From positions 4,352,001-4,416,000 of the forward strand of contig CBDASK010000003.1 of the NCBI GenBank assembly GCA_965199495.1: 64,000 nucleotides of DNA, given 5' to 3'. This DNA comes from Abditibacterium sp. (GTDB taxonomy: Bacteria; Armatimonadota; Abditibacteriia; Abditibacteriales; Abditibacteriaceae). Both the position numbers and the translations under genes were made by a program. The notes under the pieces are model-generated. The model ran no database searches. It was given only the letters and a program-made list of their open reading frames with translations, and was not told the origin of the DNA. Position 1 is the stretch's first letter. Every line of letters begins with the position of its first letter. Positions 1 to 11,500 of the stretch are shown here, piece after piece.

Positions 1-12
1 GACGTTTCTCGG

Positions 13-68
13 ATAAGACGTTTTCGTTACGCCAAAAACCGCGCGACCCGCACCATAGAACGTCTTAT
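13..68. promoter_or_regulatory. Pair of CG-centred LacI-type operator candidates upstream of GH92
   Basis: ATAAGACGTTTT (13-24) and ATAGAACGTCTTAT (55-68, reverse complement ATAAGACGTTCTAT) share 10 identical bp. A LacI gene lies directly downstream of the GH92. Confidence 0.4.
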
Positions 69-167
69 TAATCTCGCGATCCGATATAGATAATACCTTT
101 GCAATTCGTCGCAGGGGCGGCGTGGCTGCTGCGTTTGTCCCAGCTTTACGCTGCCATTTCTTTCACA

Positions 168-3011
168 ATGTCGCAACTCAAATTCTCCCCAACTCCCGCC
201 TTTCTTCTCGTCGCATCCAGCCTTTTGGTTCCGCTCGTGCAACCCGGCTGTGTGCAGGCTCAACCCAGCGCGATGCGCCAATCCCCGGCGCCCGTCATTC
301 CCGCCGTAGTTGCGGCGGCCAATCCGTTCGTCGGCACCGCCGAACACGGCCACACTTATCCCGGTGCGACGATGCCGTTTGGCATGGTGCAGCTTTCGCC
401 CGATACACCTTTGCAGGGCTGGGACGGCAGTTCGGGCTACCACTATTCCGATTCGGTGATTCAGGGCTTTAGCCATTCGCACCTGTCGGGCACGGGCGTC
501 GGCGGTTTGGGCGACGTTTTGCTGATGCCCACAGTTGGCGAGGTGCAACTTTCGCCGGGCGATCCGGGCAAAGCGGCGGGTTATGCGTCGCGCTTTTCGC
601 ACGCCAACGAATCAGCCACGCCGGGCTACTATAAAGTTTTTCTGGACGATCCCAAAGTCACCGCCGAACTGACGGCGACCGAGCGTTGCGGATTGCACAA
701 ATATACCTTCCCGGCCTCGAATAACGCGCACATCGTGCTGGATTTGCAGCACGGCGTCGGCAACAACGTCGCCGCATCGGGTTTGACAATCGAGAATAAC
801 ACGACAATTAGCGGCTATCGTAGCTCCGATGGCTGGGGCGGGCGGCGCGATGCTTATTTCGTGATGGAGTTTTCCAAGCCGTTCGCGTCTTATGGAGTCG
901 AGAAAGACGGCGCCCGCGAAACCGGCACGCCGACGAACGTGGATGGCAAAGCCGTCAAAGCGTTCGTCAACTACAACACGACGGCGGGCGAAACGATTTT
1001 GGTGCGCGTCGGCATTTCGGGCACCAGCATCGAAGGCGCGCGCCGCAATTTGAATGTCGAAATTCCCAATTTCGATTTCAATGCGGTTCACACCAAAGCC
1101 GTGAACGCGTGGAACGATCAGTTGGGCGCGATTCAAGTCGAAAGCAAAGACCCCAAGGTCGTGCGCACCTTTTACTCGAATTTGTATCAGTCGTATCTCG
1201 GCCCGGTTCTGTTCAACGATGTGGACGGAATGTATCGCGGGCCGGATAAAAAGAATCATCCGGGCACGGCATTCCAGAATTACACCACGTTTTCGCTGTG
1301 GGACACTTTCCGCGCTCAGGCGCCGCTTTTGACGCTGACCGAGCCGAGTCGCATCGCGGATATGATGAACTCGTTGCTGATGTTCGAGGCGCAGCGCGGC
1401 CAAAACGAGATGCCGGTCTGGACGCTGTGGGGCAACGAAACCGGGACGATGATCGGCTACAACTCAGCGCCGGTTGTCGCTGACGCTTACCTGAAAGGCT
1501 TTACGGGATTCAACGCCGAAGCGGCTTATCAGGCGCTCAAGCGCACGGCTTTGAACGGGCGCAACGGTCAAGACGAATTCAACAAAATGGGCTACGTGAT
1601 TTCGGGCGGAAAAAACAATCAGGCGGTCGCGCGCACGCTCGAATTCGCCTATGACGATTGGTGCATCGCGCAAATGGCGCAAAAGTTGGGGCATACCGAA
1701 GACGCCAAGATGTTCATGGAGCGGGCGGCCAATTTCGTCAAGGTTTACGACAGCACGAGCGGTTTCATGCGCGGGCGCACGGCCAGTGGCGATTGGCGCC
1801 GCCCGTTCAATCCCGATCAACTCGCGTGGGCCGATTATACCGAAGCCAACGCGTGGCACTATACCTGGGCCGTGATGCAAGACCCGCAGAAGTTGGTCAA
1901 GTTGATGGGCGGCGACGCGGCGTTCGTCAACAAAATGGACGAGATGTTCACGACCGAATCGAAGGGTTTATTCGGCATTCCCGACATCACCGGTTTGATC
2001 GGAGAATATGCGCAGGGCAACGAGCCGATACATCACGCGGCCTACCTGTATAACTATGCGGGCGCGCCCTACAAAACGCAGATGCGCGTGCGCGACATCA
2101 TGAAGCAACTTTATAACGACACGCCCGCTGGCGCGCCCGGCAACAATGATGTCGGCCAGATGTCGGCGTGGTATGTGTTTAGCGCCCTCGGTTTTTATCC
2201 GGTCAACCCGGCGCAGGGCACCTACGCCATCGGCAGCCCGCTCGTGGATAAAGCGACGATTCACCTCGACAAAAACTATTACGGCGGGCGCACCTTCACC
2301 ATGACGGCGCAGAATAACTCGCCGCAAAACGTTTATATTCAGTCGGCGACGCTCAACGGCAAGGCGCTGAATAATAGTTACATCACGCACAACCAGATTC
2401 TGGCGGGCGGCACCTTGAACTTCGTGATGGGGCCGAAACCAAATATGAACTGGGGCCGCGCCGATGCGAATCGTCCGCCTGCGGGTATGCCGGTTGGCTT
2501 TAATTATCCAGCCACGCCAGACCCGGCCAAGAAAATCGTGCAAAACTGGACGTTGCCGATTCGCGTTGTCGCGGGCAGCTACGACGATATCGACGGTTTC
2601 AAGGCCGATTTCACCAACGAAAACGGCGCGGTCAACGGCAACGGCGAGACGATTGATGTGAGCGCGCCGGGCGCTGCGCCGATGGCGATTTATCAGACCG
2701 AGCGTTACGGCAACGATGTCTCTTACGCGTATCCGGTTCCCAAGGGCGGCACTTACACGGTCAAGTTGCACTTCGCCGAAATCTTCGGCGCCGTGCCGGG
2801 CGAGCGCGTCGAGAACATTTCGATCAACGGCAAACCGGTTTTGACGAACTTCAGCGTCGCCGCCGAAGCCGGTCAGAATAAAGCCTTGGTGAAAACGTTC
2901 ACCGGCATCACGCCCGACGACAAGGGCAATATCACGGTTCGCGTGCAGGCGGCACGCGATAGCAAAGATCAAAACGCCAAAATCAGCGCGATTGAGATTA
3001 TGAAATCGTAA
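168..3011 (+). CDS. GH92 alpha-mannosidase with C-terminal malectin-like domain, secreted
   Basis: NPFVGTAEHGHTYPGA, PFGMVQLSPDT, FSLWDTFRA, YTEANAWHY, GNEPIHH, GNNDVGQMSAW; C-terminal IYQTERYG..YTVKLHFAEI..AKISAIEI. Start moved to ATG 168 (signal peptide). Confidence 0.92.
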   Translation: MSQLKFSPTPAFLLVASSLLVPLVQPGCVQAQPSAMRQSPAPVIPAVVAAANPFVGTAEHGHTYPGATMPFGMVQLSPDTPLQGWDGSSGYHYSDSVIQGFSHSHLSGTGVGGLGDVLLMPTVGEVQLSPGDPGKAAGYASRFSHANESATPGYYKVFLDDPKVTAELTATERCGLHKYTFPASNNAHIVLDLQHGVGNNVAASGLTIENNTTISGYRSSDGWGGRRDAYFVMEFSKPFASYGVEKDGARETGTPTNVDGKAVKAFVNYNTTAGETILVRVGISGTSIEGARRNLNVEIPNFDFNAVHTKAVNAWNDQLGAIQVESKDPKVVRTFYSNLYQSYLGPVLFNDVDGMYRGPDKKNHPGTAFQNYTTFSLWDTFRAQAPLLTLTEPSRIADMMNSLLMFEAQRGQNEMPVWTLWGNETGTMIGYNSAPVVADAYLKGFTGFNAEAAYQALKRTALNGRNGQDEFNKMGYVISGGKNNQAVARTLEFAYDDWCIAQMAQKLGHTEDAKMFMERAANFVKVYDSTSGFMRGRTASGDWRRPFNPDQLAWADYTEANAWHYTWAVMQDPQKLVKLMGGDAAFVNKMDEMFTTESKGLFGIPDITGLIGEYAQGNEPIHHAAYLYNYAGAPYKTQMRVRDIMKQLYNDTPAGAPGNNDVGQMSAWYVFSALGFYPVNPAQGTYAIGSPLVDKATIHLDKNYYGGRTFTMTAQNNSPQNVYIQSATLNGKALNNSYITHNQILAGGTLNFVMGPKPNMNWGRADANRPPAGMPVGFNYPATPDPAKKIVQNWTLPIRVVAGSYDDIDGFKADFTNENGAVNGNGETIDVSAPGAAPMAIYQTERYGNDVSYAYPVPKGGTYTVKLHFAEIFGAVPGERVENISINGKPVLTNFSVAAEAGQNKALVKTFTGITPDDKGNITVRVQAARDSKDQNAKISAIEIMKS

Positions 3012-3163
3012 TGTTTCAACGCGTTTGATGTTTCAAATAAAGTTCGGCGATTTATTTCGCCGAACTTTATTTTTGAGATTACCGTTTGCGCCAACAAATC
3101 TGGTTTTTGAAATTCTTTAATTCGCTTTATTTGATGAGCTAAACTGGCTGCGGACAAACTGTT

Positions 3164-4189
3164 ATGGTGCCTAAAAGTGCGAGTTCAACGAAAGCCAAGA
3201 GTATCAGGCGGGTCACTTTGCAAGACATCGCCGACCTTGCGGGCGTGCATAAAATGGTGGTTTCCAATGCGCTCAACGGCACCGGGCGCGTGGCACCAGC
3301 CACGCGCACGCGCATCCAACGCATCGCTCGCGAATTGCACTATATTCCCAACTTCGCGGCGCGCGCCCTGAGCAATGGAAGCACTCAAATCATCGCCGTT
3401 ATTAGCGGGCCAGTGGACGAACCTTATTACGGCACGATGGTTCATCTGCTGAAAAAACAGCTCGGCGAACAGGGCTTTCATTTGATGTTGATGGAAACGC
3501 CCGAAGAAGTTCAGGAGTTGGTCAGCGCAACGGGAAACCTCGCCGTTGATGGCGTGATTGCCATTGATATGCTGGGTTTAGTCAACGAATTTCGTTCTCA
3601 TCCGACGATTCCCCTCGTTTCGATTAGCACTTCCAGACAAGCCTTTGTGGACAACGTTTACGTGGATTTGAGCGCCAGCGTGCGACAAGCCATCGAGTTG
3701 ATGCTGGCGGCGGGCCGTCGCCGCATCGCGTATCTGGTCACGACCCACAGCATGGCCGACGAAACCGAAGTGCGGGCGGGCACCTATTTAAGCATGATGC
3801 GCCAAAGTGGGCGGGCCGAAGAGATTATTAACGTCCAGACCAACCAATTTTTCGCGCAGGAAGATCACTTCAGAATTTATATCAAAGAAAACGGCTGCCC
3901 CGATGCCCTGCTCTGCCAGAACGACGATACTGCGATGTGCGCCTTTGAAGTGTTGCGAGCATCGGGTTACCAAATTCCCCGCGACGTGCTTTTGCTGGGC
4001 TGCGATGGGCAACGACAGACGCAATATCTCACGCCGCCGCTTAGCACAATTGTGCAGCCAGTGGAAGAAATCTGCGCGACGGCGTGGCAGTTTTTGCACA
4101 ATCGCATCGCCAACCCCGGTTTGCCTCATCAGGAAGCGACCATCCAGGGAACTTTACTCGTCCGCGAATCTCTAAACGGTTCGCCCTAA
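3164..4189 (+). CDS. LacI-family transcriptional regulator
   Basis: HTH VTLQDIADLAGVHKMVVSNALN, hinge YIPNFAARAL, and DALLCQNDDTA..PPLSTI in the sugar-binding domain. Confidence 0.93.
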   Translation: MVPKSASSTKAKSIRRVTLQDIADLAGVHKMVVSNALNGTGRVAPATRTRIQRIARELHYIPNFAARALSNGSTQIIAVISGPVDEPYYGTMVHLLKKQLGEQGFHLMLMETPEEVQELVSATGNLAVDGVIAIDMLGLVNEFRSHPTIPLVSISTSRQAFVDNVYVDLSASVRQAIELMLAAGRRRIAYLVTTHSMADETEVRAGTYLSMMRQSGRAEEIINVQTNQFFAQEDHFRIYIKENGCPDALLCQNDDTAMCAFEVLRASGYQIPRDVLLLGCDGQRQTQYLTPPLSTIVQPVEEICATAWQFLHNRIANPGLPHQEATIQGTLLVRESLNGSP

Positions 4190-4247
4190 AACGGTTTCGT
4201 CCGCGACGATTCGAGGCCGCGAAAATTTTTCGTTACCAACCGAATAA

Positions 4248-4308
4248 ATGTTTGAAAAACGTCGAATCTGGGTATACATAAAAGCGCGCTACCGGTAGCG
4301 CGCTACCG
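4248..4308 (+). promoter_or_regulatory. Promoter (ATGTTT-N15-TGGGTATA) followed by a 22-bp perfect palindromic operator candidate
   Basis: AGCGCGCTACCGGTAGCGCGCT at 4283-4304, just after the -10-like TATACA. The same promoter architecture occurs at 18268 and 51524 (minus). Confidence 0.55.
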
Positions 4309-4342
4309 ATGAAATCCGCTTTCGATATTTCGCGCCAATGCT

Positions 4343-7327
4343 ATGAAACAAAAATTTCTTTTTAGTCTCGCTCCAACTCTGAATTTCAAGCGCACTTCCG
4401 CGCTCATCGTGCCCTTGACCGTCGCGTTCGCGGGCTGTGCCCACGCGCAAACCTACAAAGACGCCAAGGCGCCGCTTGAAACGCGCGTTGCCGATTTGAT
4501 GAGCCGATTAACCGACGATGAGAAAATCTCGCTGTTATCGGGCACCGATTTCACCACCAAACCGATTCCGCGCTTGGGCGTGCCCGCGATGGCGATGGCC
4601 GATGCCGGTCAGGGCGTGCGCGGCGGCTCGGATTCGACGCTCGGCCCGGCGACGGCTTTTCCGTCGGGCGTGGCGATGGCTTCGACTTGGAACACGAATT
4701 TGATCGGCAAAGTCGGCGCGCAGATCGGCATCGAAGCGCAAAACAAAGGCACCGGTTTGCAACTGATACTCGGCCCCGCCGTCAACATTCAGCGCAGCCC
4801 ATTGGGCGGGCGCAACGGCGAGTATTTTTCGGAAGACCCACTTTTGGCGGGCAAAATGGCCGTCGGCTACATTCGCGGAATGCAGGGCACGGGCACGGTG
4901 GCTTGTATCAAGCACTTCATCTGCAACAACGAAGAGGACGACCGTTTCACCGTCAACGTTTTGGTCGGCGAGCGGGCACTACGCGAGATTTATATGCCAG
5001 CGTTCGAGATGGGCGTCAAAGACGGCCATGTCTGGACGGTGATGTCGTCGTATAATCATATCAACGGGCCGTTCGCTTCGGCGGATCGCTACATTTTGAC
5101 CGACGTTTTGAAGCGCGGCTGGGGTTTTGATGGCGCCGTGATGTCGGATTGGGGCGGCGTGCATAATGGGCCGCAAGCGGTGATGGCGGGCAACGATCTG
5201 GAAATGCCCGACCGAGGTTTCATGGCGCCCGCGAAAATCAAGGACGCTCTCCATCGTGGCACGGTTACGATGGAGCAGATCAACCAGAACGTGACGCGCA
5301 CCGTTCGCACGATTTTGCGTTCGGGCGTGATTGATGGCGCCAAAACGCCCAATCCGGCTTTGGTCAACTCGCCCGCGAGCAGCCACGTCGCCCTGCAAGC
5401 GGCGCAGGAAGGCATCGTTTTGCTCAAAAACGAGCGCGCGACGTTGCCACTCGATGCCAGCAAAATCCGTTCGATTGCCGTCTTTGGCCCCGCCGGACGC
5501 GCAATGCAAGTCGGCGCGGCGGGCAGTCCGGGCGTGACGCCGCTTCATTCGGTTGGGCCGCTTCAGGGCATTCAAGAGCGCGCGGGCGCGAACGTCAAAG
5601 TGAATTATGTCGCGGGCGACACGGCGGGCATTGCGTTTCCCGCGGGAACTTTGAAAACGCCCGACGGCGCCGCCGAAGGTTTCCACGCCGACTATTACAA
5701 TAACATCAATCTCGAAGGCGCGCCCGCTTCGACGCGCACCGACGCGCAAATTGACTTTGAAGTGCCGATTACCGGCATCGTGACCGACCGTTACAGCATT
5801 CGCTGGACGGGCACTTTCACGCCGCGCGTGAGCGGCCCAACGAAGATATTGTTTCGCGCCGACGACGGCTCGCGCCTGTTCGTGGACGACAAACAGGTGA
5901 TTGACCATTGGGTGAACAGCGCCGCCAACACGCAAACCGCGACGCTTGATTTGGTCGCGGGCCAGCCGGTGAAACTGCGCGCCGAATACTTTCAATCGGG
6001 CGGCGGCGCCGTCGCGCAGTTGCGCATTCAGGAGCCGAACACCGACCCGTTCGCCGAAGTGACCAATCTGGCCAAGGCGAGCGACGTGGCTGTTGTTGTT
6101 GTCACCACGCGCGGAACGGAAAGCGAAGGCCAAGATCGGCCTTCGATGAGTTTGCCCGACGGACAAAACGAACTCATCGCGCGCGTCGCGGCGGCCAATC
6201 CGCGCACGGTCGTGGTTTTGAACAACGGCACGCCGGTCACGATGCCGTGGCTTTCATCGGTTCCGGCGCTGGTTGAGACGTGGTTTCCCGGACAGGAAGG
6301 CGGCACGGCGCTGGCGCAGATTCTGTTTGGCGATGTCAATCCGTCGGGCCATTTGCCCACGACTTTGGGCGCGCGCCGCGAAGATTACCCCGACTATCCC
6401 AACTTCAACGGCGACGGTCGCACCGTGCGCTACGACGAAGGCATTTTCGTCGGTTATCGCGGCTTCGATAAGAAGAAAATCGCGCCGCTCTTTCCGTTCG
6501 GCTATGGTTTGAGCTACACCAATTTTCGCATTGATAACCTGAAATTGTCGGCGCCGACATTGGTCGCCAACGGAACGATTACAGCGAACGTGCGCGTGAC
6601 TAATACGGGCCGCAAAGCGGGTGCGCAGGTCGTGCAACTTTACGTGCGCGATCCGAACCCGAAAGTCGAAAAAGCCGTGCGCGAGTTGAAGGGCTTTACA
6701 AAAGTCTTCTTGCAGCCGGGCCAGAGCCAGACCGTTTCGCTGCCGCTTTCGCCGCGCGATTTCGCGTGGTGCGACACGACCGCTAAAGGTTGGCGCGCCG
6801 ACGCTGGGCGCTACCAAATCGAAGTCGGCGATTCGTCGCGCAATTTGACAGCGCACGCGGCTTTGCAAGTCCAATCGTGGTTTCAGCCGATTCCATTTAT
6901 GCGCGCGCAAACCGACATCGCGCCCGTCGAAACCGCGCCCGATTTGGCCTTGAATAAACGCGCGTTCGCGTCGTCGGTCAACGGCGAACACGCGGCGGCA
7001 CGAGCGTTCGACAACGATGTTAAAACGCGCTGGCAAGCGCAAGGCCGCGACGGCGAATGGCTCGCCATCGATCTGGGCGCGCCGCAGAAAATTGGGCGCG
7101 TTCACCTAAATTGGGAAGCGGCCAACGCCGATGCGTATCGCATTGAAGTGTCGGACGATGGCGAAAATTGGCGCCCAGTTTATTCGACCGACAAGAGCCA
7201 AGGCGGCGAAGAAGACGTGACCTTTACACCAGCCACGGCGCGTTACGTGCGAATGTTCGGCGTGAAGCGCGCGACCGATTTCGGCTTTTCGCTTTACGAT
7301 TTCGAGGTGCGCGCGCCGTTGGGTTAA
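4343..7327 (+). CDS. GH3 beta-glucosidase/xylosidase with PA14, Fn3-like and C-terminal F5/8 type C (CBM32-like) domains
   Basis: GRNGEYFSEDP, IKHF, VMSDWGG (nucleophile), GIVLLKN, PA14 (SIRWTG..ADDGSRL), PLFPFGYGLSY, ELKGF; C-terminal AFDNDVKTRW..WLAIDLG. Confidence 0.93.
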   Translation: MKQKFLFSLAPTLNFKRTSALIVPLTVAFAGCAHAQTYKDAKAPLETRVADLMSRLTDDEKISLLSGTDFTTKPIPRLGVPAMAMADAGQGVRGGSDSTLGPATAFPSGVAMASTWNTNLIGKVGAQIGIEAQNKGTGLQLILGPAVNIQRSPLGGRNGEYFSEDPLLAGKMAVGYIRGMQGTGTVACIKHFICNNEEDDRFTVNVLVGERALREIYMPAFEMGVKDGHVWTVMSSYNHINGPFASADRYILTDVLKRGWGFDGAVMSDWGGVHNGPQAVMAGNDLEMPDRGFMAPAKIKDALHRGTVTMEQINQNVTRTVRTILRSGVIDGAKTPNPALVNSPASSHVALQAAQEGIVLLKNERATLPLDASKIRSIAVFGPAGRAMQVGAAGSPGVTPLHSVGPLQGIQERAGANVKVNYVAGDTAGIAFPAGTLKTPDGAAEGFHADYYNNINLEGAPASTRTDAQIDFEVPITGIVTDRYSIRWTGTFTPRVSGPTKILFRADDGSRLFVDDKQVIDHWVNSAANTQTATLDLVAGQPVKLRAEYFQSGGGAVAQLRIQEPNTDPFAEVTNLAKASDVAVVVVTTRGTESEGQDRPSMSLPDGQNELIARVAAANPRTVVVLNNGTPVTMPWLSSVPALVETWFPGQEGGTALAQILFGDVNPSGHLPTTLGARREDYPDYPNFNGDGRTVRYDEGIFVGYRGFDKKKIAPLFPFGYGLSYTNFRIDNLKLSAPTLVANGTITANVRVTNTGRKAGAQVVQLYVRDPNPKVEKAVRELKGFTKVFLQPGQSQTVSLPLSPRDFAWCDTTAKGWRADAGRYQIEVGDSSRNLTAHAALQVQSWFQPIPFMRAQTDIAPVETAPDLALNKRAFASSVNGEHAAARAFDNDVKTRWQAQGRDGEWLAIDLGAPQKIGRVHLNWEAANADAYRIEVSDDGENWRPVYSTDKSQGGEEDVTFTPATARYVRMFGVKRATDFGFSLYDFEVRAPLG

Positions 7328-7404
7328 ATGACTTGTCCACGTTTTAGAGTGGAATTCGCCGTTCAATAGCGTAATAGAGTGTAATATTTTCAAATGTCAA
7401 AAAC

Positions 7405-8352
7405 ATGAAAAAAATCAAACTTTTTCCGAAATCGAAATTCGCGGTTCAGGCCGGATTACTCGCGTTTTTCCTCGGCGCGGGTTGCGCCGCACCGCAACCC
7501 GCGTCCGCCATCGAAGCTGGCGATGCCGACCTGATGTTCAACGGGTTCAACCAAGCGTTTCTGGTCAATTCGAGCTTCTACGCCAATTCGATCAAGGACA
7601 AAAAGCCGATTGACACATGGCGTTCTTCGCTGACCATTATGATCGCCGAAGACGCCTACGAGCGCACCGGCAATGCCAAAGATAAAGCTCTGGTAGGCGA
7701 ACTCTGCTCGTCGTGGCTCCAGTGGAGCGAAGACGGATGGCCACGCGCGCCGTTGGGTGCGCGCCGCAGTGAGCCGATGCCCGCGCCGATGGGCGTGCAG
7801 CAAAAGCCGATGATTCCGCTCTCCGACGATTTCCGCGCGGCCCAACTCCGCCCAACGTGGCAAGCGTGGAACGAACGCGACATGAATCGCTTTCAAGTCG
7901 GCAACGGCACCTTGACGATGCGCGCCAAAGGCGAAACGCTGGCGGAAAGTTCGCCGCTCGCGATTATGGCGCGCGACCCCAGTTATCAGGTGCAAGTCAC
8001 GGCAACGCCGCCAGCAGAGGGCGCGGTGGCGCTGGGTCTGTTTTACAACGTGAACAACGGGTTATGGCTCGAAGTCAAAGGCGGCGAACTGCGCGTTTAC
8101 GACGCCAAACAGAGTTTGAATACTCGCCCGTGGAAAGCGGGACGCACGCATCTGAAAATAGTCAACCGCCGCAATCAAGTCGATTTTTTGGCGAGTGCCA
8201 ACGGATGGGACTGGATTTCTCTGGTCACCAACCATGATGTCTCCGACTATATGCACAACAAACGCGGCGGCTTTCAGGCATTGCGCCCGGCACTTGCAGC
8301 CACGGGCACCGGCAACGCACAGTTCAGCGATTTCGTTTATAGCGGACGCTGA
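7405..8352 (+). pseudogene. In-frame chimeric ORF: signal peptide and GH76-like N-terminus fused to a GH43-type C-terminal beta-sandwich; no complete catalytic domain
   Basis: N-terminal part DADLMFNGFNQAF..EDAYERTG resembles GH76 starts. From WSEDGWP..SDDF..LRPTWQ it resembles a GH43 C-terminal domain. Assignment is by motif recall only. Confidence 0.5.
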
Positions 8353-8421
8353 GAATGGGACGAGGTTTTAGTTCGGCTAACTCGCGTGAAATTACCGTCG
8401 CGAAATTGGCCTAACGAACAA

Positions 8422-8463
8422 TTCAAGCGTCTGAAGCGAACGGATTCGCTCCAGACGCTTGAA
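8422..8463. repeat. Intergenic hairpin
   Basis: TTCAAGCGTCTGAAGCGAA-cgga-TTCGCTCCAGACGCTTGAA, one mismatch. Confidence 0.6.
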
Positions 8464-8496
8464 AAACTTACGACTTAGGTGTCAAGGGCTATAAAC

Positions 8497-8536
8497 AAAA
8501 GCGGGCGAAGAATAGAAATATCCTTCGCCCGCTTTT
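8497..8536. terminator. Bidirectional intrinsic terminator
   Basis: AAAAGCGGGCGAAG-N12-CTTCGCCCGCTTTT between convergent genes. Confidence 0.75.
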
Positions 8537-8546
8537 CACAAATCAA

Positions 8547-11500
8547 TTATCGTCCAGCAGTTTCCATAACTTTCACCGGGCCGAGCAGGCCCGATGGCAA
8601 CAACGGATCGTTCGCGTTGAACGGATTCCACGTCGTCGAAGTGAACTGCTTGTCGGCGGGCAAACTCTTGTCGCCAATCAGACGGTTAGGCCACAGGTTG
8701 GCGACGGTAATCTCCAACTTGTTGTCGCCCGCTTTCAGCGCGCTCGAAATATCGACGTTCCACGGCGCGCACCAGACGGTGCCCATGTCGCGCCCGTTGA
8801 GTTTGACATTCGCCATGTTATCAACCACGCCCAAATCGAGGTAAACCGGCGAACCGGCGGTCACTTTGGGCGCCACAAAAGTCTTGCTGTAAACGGCCTT
8901 GCCCGAATAATAACGGATGCCATCTTCGGAGTTTTTGCTCCAATCAGAGAGCGTCGGAATAGTCGTCTGCGCCGGGCCACCGAACTTCGGATTGAAGGCG
9001 ACCTGCCACGGGCCGGTCACTTCCATCGCCGAACGCAGGGTCGGGAAGTTGGTCGCCAGGCGCGCTTGCGGCGCGGCTTTGGGAATCGCGCTTTTGGCGC
9101 TACGGAACACGACGAACCACGATTGGAACGGCTCAAAGCGGAGCGGCACCGAGATTTGTCCGTTCTTGGCGGTGAACTGCGGCAACGCGCGGCGCTGGCC
9201 GGTCAAAGGATTCCATAGTTCGGGTGCGGCGCCCGTCACGCGGAACGTGCAGGTGGCGTTGACCATTTTGTCCTCGCTGTTGGCGACGAAGTAATAATCG
9301 GCGTCGGCGCTGCGGCGATGAATGTTGCGAATTGGGCCGTTGCTCTCGAAGTCCATCGGGACTCCCCTATTTTTCAGCGCGCGCGTGACAACGCCGAAAT
9401 CGCCGTATTGCGGCGTGGGAACCGTCGCGCTCAAGTTCCACGGGCCAATCGTCAGCGCGCCGAGTTCTTGGGCGGGCGCCGTGGCTGCTGTTGGCGCATC
9501 GGTCTGCGCGCTCTGCCACTGGCTATCGGTCGGAACGTTCACCACATGGCCATCATTGTATTGCAGCCGGATCATGGCGATAAGACCCGCCGGGCTGGGC
9601 GAATCGGTCGCGTTGTTGGCGGTGACGGCGAACTCGTTCACCCCGTTTTTAAGGTTCTTGAGGATGTCGAACGAATAGACCTTCTGCCATTGGTCGCCCT
9701 GCCCGGCGCGCACGCCGTTGATGCTCAAATCGAAGCTGTTGTCGGCGGTTATGGCGATGCGGGCCGATTTGAGATTGGCGAGTTTATCAACCGCAACGGT
9801 GCGATGAAAATAACGATTGCCAGCAGGTGCGCTCGATGCGGGCGAGCCTCCGGGATACCAAATCCACTTGGCGCCCGACAACGGCGAGGCCGTGGCTTCG
9901 GCCAAATTCAAGTTGGTATCGCGTTGCCAGATGACGCGGCCTTTGCCAAAGCGATGCTCGGTGACTTTGACGCCATCGGCATTGCCCCACAGCGCGGCGC
10001 CCAAACGCTGAATTTCGGCGTCGCTCTGCGGAAAGCCTGTCAGACCGGGCGCCTTGAGCGGGCGCGGGCCGATAACCGTCGCGCCATCGCGAGCTAACTG
10101 CGAAATTTTGCGCAGCAACGGTACCGTCATGGTATCGCGTTCGGGCAAAACCAAGACGCGATAACTGGTGCCATCGGGCAAAACCAGTTGGCCGTTTTTC
10201 ACCGTCATGTTGGCGATCACGTTTTCGCCCTCGATGGCGTCGAAGCTGTAACCCAAACGGTCATTGCGGTCGCCGCTCGTCGCCGAGTCGGGCGCCAGAA
10301 AGGTTTGCGGCGCGCCTTCGGCGACCAGAAAAGCCACGTCTGAAACCGACAGCCCCTGGCGCAAAAGATATTGCGAGCGCGACAGATACTGGGTGTACGC
10401 GGGCACCAAATCCCACCAAGTCTGGGTGCGCTCGAAGTGAATGCCGAACGGCCCCATCGTCATGCCGGGGAATTTATCCAAATCGGGCTGGTGCTGGTAG
10501 CGATGGAAAACAAAGCGGTTGACGCCCTGCGTAAACGCCCAGTCGCCTAACTCTTTCATGTTGCCGGGATAGGCCTTCCAACGCTCGTCGCCGCCCGAAG
10601 TAAAGGACTCGGCGCCGACGATTTTCTTGCCATTGGTATGCGCAATCGAGGATGCTTCGGGCAAGCTAAAAGTCGTCTGCTGGGGCGGATCGTAACCCCA
10701 GAATTCGCCCATCGGAACATCGGCGGGCGCGCCCAGACTGATGTCGGAAGCCATGACTTTGTCGTAGGGTTCAATCGTCAAACCAAAGCCGTGCTGCGCC
10801 GCGATTGTTTTGAAGTGCGCGACGTGATCTTGCACGACCAATTCGTTACAGGTCTGGCGCCAATCCCACAGAAACCGCTCGGATTGTTCCGGGCTGTTCA
10901 CGATCAGTCCGCTCAGGGCCGGAAAGTAGGGCAGCGGATCGTAGCCACGGCGGGTCTTGAATTCGGAGATGAACGCGGGCGTCCAGTTTTGCGTGCCGAC
11001 TTCCCAACTGTCGATGTGCAAATTATTCCAGCCCCGGTCGGGCGCGACAACGCGCGGCCCGACGGTTTTCAGAAGCGGCCCGATGAAATCGTTAAAGTGC
11101 GCGTCCAGTCCGGCTTTGGAGAATTTGTCGCTTTCCATGCCCACGCCCGACTCAGGCGCTGGCAAAGTCGAGGCGCCGTTGTTGGTCGCGCCAAAACGCA
11201 AAATCGTCCACTGGCCGGACGGCACTTGCCAATTCAAGTGCCCGTCGGCGCCCATTTTATCGGTCAAATCAATGATCTTGCTCCCATTCACCACTTCGCT
11301 CGCGGGCAACGTCGGATAGGCCGAATGCGAAGGCAAATCGGCACTGGCGCCGCCCGAAACGAACGAACTGCGGTTGATGAACGCCTTCTGGTCAATGGCG
11401 GCGGTGCGCTCGTCACCGCTCGGCTTGGGAAAAGCGAGGACGCGCACGTCTTTGTAATAATCGGTGAGATTGGAGTGATTCGCCGGACGCGGCACTTCGC

